Of a stretch of 64,000 nt of DNA, positions 11,911-22,637 are shown one piece after another; position 1 is the first letter of the stretch, and the number at the start of each line of letters is the position of its first letter. A model generated the notes under the pieces. The model saw only the letters and a list, made by a program, of their open reading frames with translations, made no database searches and was not told the DNA's origin. The position numbers and the translations under genes are program-made. The stretch is from Squalus acanthias (lineage: Eukaryota), in contig CM059432.1 in assembly GCA_030390025.1 (NCBI GenBank), forward strand, positions 79,176,001 to 79,240,000. Direction: 5' to 3'.

Positions 11911-14900
11911 AAGAACATAAGACGCAGGAGTAGGTCAGTTGGCCCCTCGAGCCTGCTCCACCATTCAATAAGATCATGGCTGATCTGATCTTGGCCTCAA
12001 CTCCACTTCCCTGCCCGCTCCCCATAACCCTTGACTCCCTTACCATTCAAAAATCTGTCTATCTCCACTTTAAATATATTCAATGACACAGCCTCCACAG
12101 CTCTCTGGGGAAGAGAATTCCAAAGATTCACAACCTTCTGAGAGAAGAAATTCCTCCTCATTTCTGTTTTAAATGGTGCCCCCTTATTCTGAAATTATGC
12201 CCCCGAGTTCTAGATTCCCCCACGAGGAGAAACATCCTCTCTGCATCTACTCTGTCAAGCCCCTTCAGAATCTTATGTTTCAATAAGATCCCCTCTCATT
12301 CTTCTAAACTCCAATGAGTATAGGTCCAACCTGCTCAACCTTTCTTGATAAGACAACCCCTTCATCTCCGGAATGAACCTCGTGAACCTTCTCTGAACTG
12401 CCTCCAATGCAAGTATATCCTTCCTTAAATAAGGAGACCAAAACTGTATACAGTACTCCAGGTGTGGTCTCACCAACGCCCTGTACAGTTGTAACAGGAC
12501 TTCCCTACTTTTATACTCCATTCCCTTTGCAATAAAGGCCAACATTCCATTTGCCTTCCTAATTACTTGCATGCTAACTTTTTGTGATTCATGTACAAGG
12601 ACCCCAGATCCGTCTGTACCTCACCATTTTGTAATCTCTCTCCATTTAAATAATTGCTTTTTTATTTTTCCTACCAAAGTGGATAACCTCGCATTTTCCC
12701 ACATTATACTCCATCTGCCAGATTTTTGCCCACTCACTTAGCCTATCTATATCCCTTTGGAGATTCTTTGCATCCTCCACACAATTTGCTTTCCCACCTA
12801 TCTTTGTATCATCAGCAAATTTGGCTACATTACACTCGATCCCTTCATCCAAGTCATTAATATAGATTGTAAATAGTTGAGGCCCCAGCACTGATCCCTG
12901 CGGCACCCCACTAGTTACAGTTTGCCAACCTGAAAATGACCCATTTATCCTGACTTTCTGTTAGTTAGCCAATCCTCTATCCATGCTAATATATTACCCC
13001 CAACCCCGTGAGCTCTTATCTTGTGTAGTAACCTTTTATGTGGCACCTTATCGAATGCCTTCTGGAAATCCAAATACACCACATCAACTGGTTCCCCTTT
13101 ATCCACCCTGCTCGTTACATCCTCAAAGAACTCCAGCAAATTTGTCAAACATGATTTCCCTTTCATAAAACCATGCTGATTCTGATTGACTATATTATGA
13201 TTTTCTAAATGTCCTGCTACCACTTCCTTTACGATGAACTCCAGCATTTTCCCAGTGACAGATGTTAGGCTAACTGGTCTATAGATACCTGCTTTCTGTC
13301 TCCCTCCTTTATTAAATAGGGGCGTTACATTTGCGGTTTTCCAGTCCGCTGGGACCTCTCCAGAATCCTGGGAATTTTGGTAGATTACAACCAATGCATC
13401 CACTATCTCTGCAGCCACCTCTTTTAAGACTCTAGAATGCAGGCCATCGGGTCCAGGGGACTTGTCCACCTTTAGTCCCATTAGTTTGCCTCGTACTTTT
13501 TCTCTAGCGATAGTGATTGTTTTAAGTTCCACCCCCACCCCAATAGCCCCTTGATTATCCATTATTGGGATGCTGTTAGTGTCTTCTACCGTGAAGACCA
13601 ATACAAAATATTTGTTCAAAGTCTCCGCCATTTCCCTGTTTCCCATGATTAATTCCCTAGACTCATCCTCTAGGGGACCAATGTTTACTTTAGCTACTCT
13701 CTTCCTTTTTATATACCTGTAGAAGCTCTTACTGTTTGTTTTTATACTTCTTGCTAGCTTACTCTCATAAGCTATCTTCTCTCTCATTATCATTTTTTTA
13801 GTTGTCCTTTGCTGGTTTTTAAAAATTTCCCAATCCTCTGGCCTTCCACTATTCTTCGCAACATTGTATGCCTTTGTTTTCAATTTGATACCATCTTTAC
13901 TTCCTTAGTCATCCTTCTCTTAGAGTCTTTCTTTCTCACTGGAATATATCTTTGCTGAGAGTTATGAAATATCTCCTTAAATGTTTGCCACTGCTTTTCT
14001 ACAATCTTACCCTGTAATATATTTTCCCAGGCCACTTTAACCAAGTCTGCCTTCATACCTTTGTAATTACCTTTGTTTAAGTTCAGGACACTAGTTTGAG
14101 ACTTCGCTTTCTCACCCTCAAACTGAATTTGAAATTCTACCATGCTATGATCACTCTTCCCAAGAGGATCCTTCACTTCGAGATCATTAATTAATCCAGC
14201 CTCGTTACACAGTACCAGATCTAAAATAGTCTGCTCCCTGGTTGGTTCCACAATGTATTGTTCCAAGAAACCATCCCGCATACACTCTATGAACTCTTCC
14301 TCAAATCTACTTTTGCCAATTTGCTTTGTCCAATCAATATGAAGATTAAGATCTCCCATGATTATAGCTGTACCTTTCTTACAAGCCCCTATTATTTCTT
14401 GATTTATACTCTGTCCTACAGTGTGGCTACTGTTTGGGGGCCTGTAGACCACTCCCACCAGTGACTTCTTACCCTTATTATTTCTTATCTCCACCCAAAC
14501 TGATTCTACGTCTTGATCTTCTAAGCCAATATCATTTCTCATTACTGCACTGATCTCATCCCTTATTAACAGAGCTACACCACCTCCTTTTCCTTTCTGC
14601 CTATCCTTACGAAATGGCAAATACCCCTGAATATTCAGTTCCCAGCCTTGTTCACCTTGCAGCCACGTCTCTGTAATGGCTATCAGATCATACTCATTTA
14701 TTTCTATTTGTGCTGTCAACTCATCTATCTTGTTACGAATACTGCGTGCGTTCAGATGTAGAGCTTTTAATTTTGTCTTTTTACCATTTTTCCCTACTCT
14801 GACCCCTCTTTCTGATGCACTCTTATGTGTATATGCTCTGTCCCTTCCTGTCACACTCTGGTTATCATTACCCCTATCGCTACCCTGCACTTTTACCTTC

Positions 14901-16427
14901 TCATTTTTCTTTTACTTTTTAAATTTCCGCTCAGCGGATCCCCCCCCCCACTATTTAGTTTAAAGCCCTATCTACAGCCCTCGTTATTCGATTCGCCAGG
15001 ACACTGGTCCCAGCCTGGTTCAAATGTTGCCCGTCCCGACGGAACAGCTCCCTCTTACTCCAGTACTGGTGCCAGGCCCCAATAATCGAAACCCATTTCT
15101 CCCACACCAATCTTTGAGCCACTCGTTCATCTCTCTGATCATATTTACCCTATACCAATTTGCACGTGGCTCAGGCAGTAATCCAGAGATTATTACCTTT
15201 GTGGTTCTGCTTTTTAATTTAGCCCCTAGTTGTTCATACTCCCTCAGCAGAACTTCTTTCTTTGTCCTACCTATGTCGTTGGTACCGACATGGACCACGA
15301 CAACTGGATCTTTCCCCTCCAAGTTCCTCCAGCCCAGAGGAGATGTCCTTTACCCTGGCACTGGGCAGGCAACACAGCCTTCGGGACTCATGCTCTTGGC
15401 TGCAGAGAACAGTGTCTATCCCCCTAACTATACTGTCCCCTACCACAATTCTTTTTGCTGCCCCCACTTGAATGGCTCCCTGTACCACGGTGCTGTGGTC
15501 AGTTTGCTCATCCTCACTGCAGTCCCTGCTCTCGCCCACAAGAGAGTAAGAACCTCGTAACTGTTGGACAAGAGCAAGGGCTGAGGCTCCTCCACCACTA
15601 CCTCCTGGGTCCCCATACCTGCCTCGCTTGTAGTCACAACCACCTGTCCCTGACCACGGACCAAATTTGAATTAATTAATCTAAGGGGTGTGACTGCCTC
15701 CTGGAACACAGCGTCCAGGTAACTCTCCCCCTCCCTAATGTGTCGCAGTGTTTGAAGCTCGGACTCCAGCTCATCAACACGGAGCCGAAGTTCCTCGAGC
15801 AACCAACACTTACTGCAAATGTGGTCGCCGTGGACCTCAATGGTGTCCACCAGCTCCCACATGTTGCAGCAGTAACATATTGCCTGCCCTGCCATCTCTA
15901 TTGTATTTAATTAATTAAGTGTTTAAGTTTTGAACGTTTAGTTTTGAATCCCGGCTGTTAATTCACACCAATGCCCAAGAAAAAGAGAGAAAGACTGACC
16001 AACCAATCGTTTCCATGCTTTCCTGTGACGTCACACTTTGAATCTTTCAACTTCTTACCCTCCCAGGTCGGTTGGCGCTGCTCCCGGCTCGCTCTCAGCC
16101 CATTCTCCTGCTTTTGTATCCGCTCTCAGCCCATTCTCCTGCTTTTGTATCCGCTCTCAGCCCATTCTCCTGCTTTTGTATCCGCTCTCAGCCCATTCTC
16201 CTGCTTTTGTATCCGCTCTCAGCCCATTCTCCTGCTTTTGTATCCGCTCTCAGCCCATTCTCCTGCTTTTGTATCCGCTCTCAGCCGATTCTCCTGCTTT
16301 TGTATCCGCTCTCAGCCGATTCTCCTGCTTTTGTATCCGCTCTCAGCCGATTCTCCTGCTTTTGTATCCGCTCTCAGCCGATTCTCCTGCTGTTGTATCC
16401 GCTCTCAGCCGATTCTCCTGCTTTTGT
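11911..16427 (-). mobile_element. Near full-length, frameshifted CR1 LINE: 5'UTR repeats, ORF1 (zinc finger/leucine zipper + SGNH esterase), ORF2 (APE + RT)
   Basis: ORF1 CYCC..HICSKC..LEELRLRVDELESEL, VVGDSIVRG, HVGTND. ORF2 LNARS, ITETW, GDLN, SDH, YRPVSLTS, PQGSVLGP, FADD. Octamer tail at 11911. Confidence 0.93.
16091..16427. repeat. 31-bp minisatellite, ~11 copies (gctctcagcc[c/g]attctcctgcttttgtatcc)
   Basis: Units start at 16091, 16122 ... 16401; the first six have C and the last five have G at the variable site. Confidence 0.96.
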
Positions 16428-16890
16428 GCTTCCGGGGGTGGGGATCTTAGCTTCAAGGACAGGTTGGAGAAGCTGGATTTGTTTTCATTAGAGCAAAGGA
16501 GGTTGAGGGGTGATTTGATAGAGATCTACAAGATTATGACGGGTTTGGATAGGCTGGACAGGGAAAGGCTGTTCCCACTAGTTGATGGTACAAGGACTAG
16601 GGGACACAGATTTAAGGTTTTAGGCAAGAGATACAGGGGGATGCGAGGAAAACCTTTTTTACGCAGCGAGTGGTGATGACCTGGAACTCGCTGCTGACGG
16701 AAGTGGTGGAAGCGGAGACACTCAATGTTTTCAAGGGGAGACTGGATAGGCACGTGAGGGAAATAAACTTGCAGGGCTACGGGGATAGAACAGGGGAATG
16801 AGACTGACTGGATTGCTCTACAGAGAGCCGGCACGGACTCGATGGGCAAATGGCCGCCTTCTATGCCGTTTTAATTCTATGACTCTATGA
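16428..16890 (+). mobile_element. CR1 (host element), right part
   Basis: Resumes with (M)LPG..FKDRLEKLDLFSLEQRRLRGDLIE; tail ttctatgactctatga. Confidence 0.88.
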
Positions 16891-17544
16891 ACCATTAAGG
16901 AATCTCTACCTGCCACTAAAAGGTTACCTCAATTATTTTCTGTGTTCCTAGGCTGAACTCTACTTCTCAGCTGACTTCTGGACTTTATCTTGTTGCTACA
17001 TTGGCTCATGGGCTGAAGTCCATGATCCCTCTTTGACTGGCTCTGTGATGCACTCTACTCTCGTTCTTGGACTTCACTCTGCTCCTCTGCTGGTTCCCTG
17101 GGTTGTTCTCGATTGACACCTGATACATAATCTACTCCTGAATCATTTCTCACTCCTCTAATGACTCATGGATCAAATACTGCTCTTTTATCGACTCCTG
17201 AACTGGATTTTGCTCCTCTGATGGTTTCAGGACTAAACCAGTCTTTGCTCATTATTGGCTCCAAGCTGAAACTTTGTTCTGCTGGATCCCACGCCAGAAT
17301 TTGCTCCAGTGCTCTCTTCTGCGTGGAGGCTACTTCCTTCAGACAGGCCCTGAGATATTAGACAGGTTACCTTTCTTGTATCAGCCTTTACCCTAAAAAT
17401 CTTTGTTGCCATGCCTGCCTTTCTGCCACTATCCATGTACGGTCTTCCTCTTTGTCCATTCATGTCTGCACTTGGCTGCCACTCTGGATCTGAGCTCATA
17501 CTTTTACTTTTCAGCCATTTCTGGGCCCTGTTCTTTTTGTTTAT

Positions 17545-17950
17545 TCATTGGATGCGGGCGTCACTGGCAAGGCCAGCATTTATTGCCCATCCCTAATTTC
17601 CCTTGAGTAGGTGGTGATGAACCACCTTCTTGAACCGCTGCAGTCCGTGAGGTGTTTTCCTAGCAGTTTGATACTGAGTGGCTTGTTTGGCCATTTCAGA
17701 GGGCAGTTAAGTGTCACATGTAAGCTAGACTGGGTAAGGGCGGCAGATTGTCTTCCCTAAAGGACATTGGTAAACCAGATGGCTTTTTACGACAATCCGG
17801 TAGTTTCATGGTCACCATTACCGATACTAACTTTTTATTCCTGATTTATTTACTTAACTGAATTTAAATTCCACAGCTGCCGTGGTGGGAATTAACCTCT
17901 TGTCTCCGGATCATTAGTCCAGTAACATAGCCACTATGCTACCGTTCCCA
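17545..17950 (-). mobile_element. tRNA-derived SINE (same family as 45358-45735 and the head fragment ~30745-30810)
   Basis: Reverse complement starts ggaacggtagcatagtgg (A-box-like) and ends tagggatgggcaataaatgctggcc. Confidence 0.8.
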
Positions 17951-17959
17951 TTTTCTGTT

Positions 17960-18605
17960 CTCTCCTCCACTTCAGCCATGGCCTCTTTCACCTGCCTCCT
18001 TCTTCAGCACTATGCTTCCCTTAATCTGATCCCTGTCCCAGGTTCAAGTCCCTCTTCAACAGGTTACTTGGTATCTGCACCTTACTCGGTATTCTCTGCC
18101 ATGCCCATTGTGGTACCTGTTGCTGGCTCTCCCAGAGCAGTAACCCCAACTGTCTCTCCCACTGCCCCACAACCATATCATTTAGCTTGGTCCTTGGGAG
18201 TTAACTTCCATAACTACCTCTCCATTGTTATCTCTTTCACTGTTTCCCCCACCCACCGGAGAATCAGCTGTCTCGCTCTGTAAATTTCTAGAAAGTTCGT
18301 TTCCTTGCCATCCATGACTTCATCATGGATGAATCTGTTGATACCCTGACACTGACAGTAACTTGGTTTGTGGGCAGCGACTTTTTTCCTCCTCTTCAAG
18401 GCCTCCCTGCCTGGTCTCACTTGCCCCACTCAAACTGCCGTAGTGCATAGCTCTTATCACTGTCTTACTTCTGACGAAGGGGCACAGACCTGAAATGTTA
18501 ACTCTGTTTCTCTCTCCACGGATGCTGCCTGGCCTGTTGAGTGTTTCCAGCATTTTCTGTTGTTGTTTCAGATTTCCAGCATCCGCAGTATTTTGCTATT
18601 GTCCT
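17960..18605 (+). mobile_element. Degraded Penelope-like 3' end / pseudo-LTR with decayed hammerhead motif (18471-18502)
   Basis: CTGACGA-aggggcacagacct-GAAA-tgtt followed by gatgctgcc..ttccagcattt; related fragments at ~25520-25635 (-), 43850-43910 (-) and 58770-58840 (+). Confidence 0.55.
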
Positions 18606-18887
18606 ACTTCTGCTATTGCGCTGGCACCACTTTCTTGTATAAACATGAAAAATCAGAGCAGACCAGGAATGATCTCTAAAGGCCAGTGCCTGTTGGTGAT
18701 ACCTACCTTGTGCTTTAACAGTGAAATGTTTTTGTCTGTAAAAGTATATCTACACCCATATTTGTTGTTATGTGAGAAATATTACAATTGTAGTATAACA
18801 CAGGTTTTACTTTATTTGGAACCTTTAGTTCAAATTTGTGGAACTAAATATCTGATTCACATGTGATGACTACAGATATGACCCTTG

Positions 18888-19709
18888 GCGGGGGGGGGGA
18901 AAATTCGGTTGGTTAGCGCCTCCCGGGAGCACTAATGGGGCGCTAGGAACTTCGCGCCCGAGCACGGCAATTTTAGTGCCACTCGTGAAATTGACCAGTT
19001 GTTTTGCGGCGGTGCTAAACGCTACCGCCACGATCTCCTGCGCCCGCAGATCGTGACGTCAGTCGAGCATGCAACACCCCAGTAGTGCCCTGGACCAGAT
19101 TTTGAGTCGTGCCGCCTGCCGCTAGGAACGACAGGTAGAGGGGAACGTTTTCAAGTTGGGTAGGGGCTGGGGGAGTGCTATTTAAAGGCGGGTGCTTCCT
19201 GCCTTTTCTTGTTGGTGAAATTTTTGGAACACGTAGTTTGAGAGGGAGAGAGACGTCTGGAGAGATTCGACGCTGTCCGAAGGAGTTTTAGGTCCTGAGA
19301 ACCACTTTGGAGGTTCCTAAGCGCCGAGCTCTTTCCCTGGGCCTATCCATTAGTGCTTCCAACACAATTGCTTTTGAGGTCTCTCCAGGCCGAGATTCAA
19401 GGCTGCAATGAGCAGGGTGTGGTTGGCCAGCAAGATGGCTCCTCCCCTTTAAGAACTGGACGGCGCCAGTCTGTCTGGCTTCCATGGTAACTGACATCGC
19501 CTGAGCTTTGGTAGCGTTCTGAGGTAGCGCCTCGCTCCCTGACGTTAGCACCTTAAGAGAGGTGTGTAGCGCTTGATTTACCGCTCAAATCACCTCCAGG
19601 GGCGATAGAGGCGAATTTTGCAGTTGGAGCAATAATTAGCGCCGGGCGCTAAACTTGGCGCCCGGCTGATATTAGCACCCCAAAATGGGCGATACCCAAT
19701 TTTTCCCCC
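18888..19709. mobile_element. Non-autonomous PIF/Harbinger-type TIR element (second copy of the 2916-3771 family)
   Basis: TIR gggggaaaattcggt / acccaatttttccccc, TSD TTG, collinear internal similarity. Confidence 0.85.
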
Positions 19710-19974
19710 TTGCTCTTATAAGAAGATTTAAATGTTACTTGGTGTTAGCTGACATTTTGAAGATAAAGAACAATGTTGAAGTATGCCACTATATCTTGTG
19801 ATATGTAGTAGGTTGTACTCCCTGTTCAACAATTTGCAGCATTAGATTTTATGGGTCGGCTTAGTGGACAAATTTAACCTCGTTGAGAATTGTTAAAAGC
19901 CACAATATCCCAATCTTGCTGAACGTGAAACGTGTTTTGTTGTTTCCAGATTGCAGTGAAACAAAGGAAAAAGT

Positions 19975-20155
19975 AACTTGCATTTATATAGAGACTTTCA
20001 GGACCTCCCAAAACGCTTTACAGTCAATGAAGTACTTTGAAGTGTAGTCACTGTCATAATGTAGGAAAACAAGGCAACCAATTTGCGCCCAGCAAGGTCG
20101 TACAAGACCAGATAATCTGTTTTGTTGGTTGAGGGATAAATATTGACCAGGATTT
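19975..20155 (-). mobile_element. Deu-domain SINE 3' fragment with L2-type tail
   Basis: Reverse complement has ggtcaatatttatccctcaaccaac..acagtgactacacttcaaagtacttc..tatataaatgcaag. Confidence 0.65.
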
Positions 20156-20419
20156 TTTTTGGAGGGGTTGGGGGGGTGGGTGGTGAATGGAAATAGATAT
20201 TTAATACCAATAATGAATTGAAAGATACAAGTTTTATTATAGTTTGTAACACATCAGTACTTATTTTGGTACAATATTTTGGTTTGTTTAAAATCTATCA
20301 TAAGTGCTAGTGAATATCCTATAGCATTCCTCATGGGTTGTTTTGGTTCTGGGGCACAGTTGTGATCTATAGCTGCTAACCACACTTTTGCTATCTCAGG
20401 CTTGATTACTCTAACTCTA

Positions 20420-21010
20420 AAATGTTGTTGGTTCCCCCATCCTCCATAAACTCCAACTTGTCCAAAACGCAGCCACATATAACCCATCCTGCACTACGTC
20501 CCACTCACTCATTCAACCCTGTTGTTGCTGACTGTTGCTTTAAATTTAAAATTCCATGTACATATCCCTTCATGGTCCCACCCCATCCTATCTCGGCATT
20601 CTCTAAGCCTTGTATCCTCTAGACTTGACTCGATTTTAAAATTCTCATCCTTGTTTTCAAATCCCTCCATGGTCTCGCCCCTCCCTATATCTGTAACCTC
20701 CTCCAAGCCTACAACCCTCCGAGATATCTGCACTCCGCCAATTCTGGCCTCTTACACATCCCCGATTTTAATCGCTCCACTATTGGTGGCCGTGCCTTTA
20801 GCTGCCGAGGCCCTAAGCTCTGGAATTTCCTCCCTAAACCTCTCCGCCTCGCTACCTCTCTCTCTCCTTTTAAGGTGCTCCTTGAAACCTACCTTCTTGA
20901 CCAAGCTTTTGGTCATCTGCCCATATATCTGCTTATGTGGCTCCGTCTCAAATTTAGTTTGATAACGCTCCTGTGAAGCACCTTGGGACGTTTTACTGCG
21001 TTAAAGGCGT
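20420..21010 (+). mobile_element. L2 LINE 3' fragment
   Basis: ttttaaaattctcatccttgttttcaaatccctccatgg..gtgaagcaccttggg; similar copies at ~31520-32185 (+), 34235-34740 (-), 38755-39050 (-) and 55740-56135 (+). Confidence 0.75.
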
Positions 21011-21124
21011 TGTCATTGCTGTAGTAGTAGTTTTTCGGATATTTTTGCCTATCTATTATAAAACACATTATCATTAAAAGCTATTAAATTAAAATTTATG
21101 AGAATAAATGCGGATCAACATATT

Positions 21125-21855
21125 CGGCCAGAATTTGCTGTAGCAGGGCATTTAACAGCATCTGCCGTTAGTTAGATTTGCCCCTGCACTCTGCAGCTCA
21201 AAAAATGTTATCCACAAAGTTGCTGAAAGTGCGAGCTGATAATAGCGCAGTGAGGGAAACAGGGCATCTGGGACCCCAGTCAACAGGGCAACCAACAGGG
21301 TATCTCCTTAACTAACGAGATTTAAGGATTCGAAAATAAACATAGGAAGGACTGAGAAGGAGGGTGAATTAAAGGGGGTGAATTCAATGTCAAATCGAGT
21401 AGAGAGGGAAAGAAAGATTGGTTTAAGTGAGAGAGTGAAGAGAGAGAAAGGATAAGCAAGAAAAAAAATTAACATTTTTTAAATCTCCCTGAAAAATTCA
21501 AAATCCTAAAGGAATGAGACTCTGCACTTGCAATTAATTTTTGGTGCCAGAGAAGTTGATTGGCAGTCATTAACACTTATCACATTGTTAAAAGGGTACT
21601 TACGCTTGTAATGACCAGACTTAACTTTATATGGCGTGTTTAATGGGCAAATACAGCAAGTTCCTAAACAAAAAAGGAGGCTAAGGGCGAGATGCTGTTT
21701 TCCCGAAGATAACGGCGGAGTAGCGCAACTCGGACAGGAACATTTGGATATTCACATTTAACCGCACATCTGCTCCTCGCCTGAAGTTGCTGTACTATTC
21801 AACCATAAATAACGGCGAGCGCCATTAGCCATGCTGTTATTTTGACAGCTGGCCC
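21125..21855. mobile_element. Harbinger-like non-autonomous TIR element
   Basis: Termini cggccagaatttgctg / cagctggccc, flanked by ATT on both sides. Confidence 0.55.
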
Positions 21856-22489
21856 ATTGACCACAATCAGCTGTAATTAACAATGGTACTCGAGGCACGT
21901 GTCTGAAATTGACAAAGCTCTTTACAGACTAGTTGGATATCTACAGAGGGCTGATTTTATCGTTTGTTGGGCTATTGAGGAAGGTAATTAAACTTTCAGG
22001 TTGAACAGGATTTGGTAACAAAGCTACAAGCGCTATATTTATAGACAGGGTGGAGTTTCATTTGTGGGGGTTTTGGTTGAATAGGTTTTGCTGTACATGA
22101 TGAAAGATCCTTGTTTGCAAAGGTGGGAAATGATTTTGGTGTGATTGAAGAAAGCTTTATGTGAACTGTGTATCAAGAAGGGTAATTGAAATTATATACC
22201 TGATCTGTATATACACAGACTGAAATTCCTAGCAAAGTGCAGTATGAGTTGATGTAACATGTTTTTTTTTTGCCTCGACAGTCATTGTAGGATGGGTGTA
22301 ACACTTCGCAACATTTTTTTGGCTCAATGGCTTGAAAGGCCCGAGGGCAGTAGAGGTGGTGAGAGCAGCAGCCACCCTCGGTTATTGCTGGCTTGGGCCC
22401 GGTACCGGCGTTAAGTGTCTCTGCCACGGTGTGAAGTGCCACACCCAAATTTGATTACAGACCATAAGATGTTAGTTAGCCAATCAATA

Positions 22490-22637
22490 TACAAATGTGA
22501 GAAGTCGCACAACACCAGGTTATAGTCCAACAGTTTTATTTGAAATCACAAGCTTTCGGAGCGCTGCTCCTTCGTCAGGTGAAGTGAAGAGATGTATATA
22601 GGCACAGCATATATAGTCAGAGAACACTGCCAGATGA
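22490..22637 (-). mobile_element. Penelope pseudo-LTR fragment, probably continuing at ~25370-25500 beyond the CR1 insertion
   Basis: Reverse complement closely matches 990-1085. Confidence 0.85.
22546..22582 (-). ncRNA. Minimal type I hammerhead ribozyme motif, second copy
   Basis: Reverse complement: tcac-CTGACGA-a-ggagc(agc)gctcc-GAAA-gc-TT-gtga. Confidence 0.72.

Noticed and set aside
16091..16427. CRISPR-like 31-bp periodicity and long ORFs in all three + frames
   Set aside because: Units are contiguous with no unique spacers and no cas genes; the ORFs arise from a stop-free repeat unit
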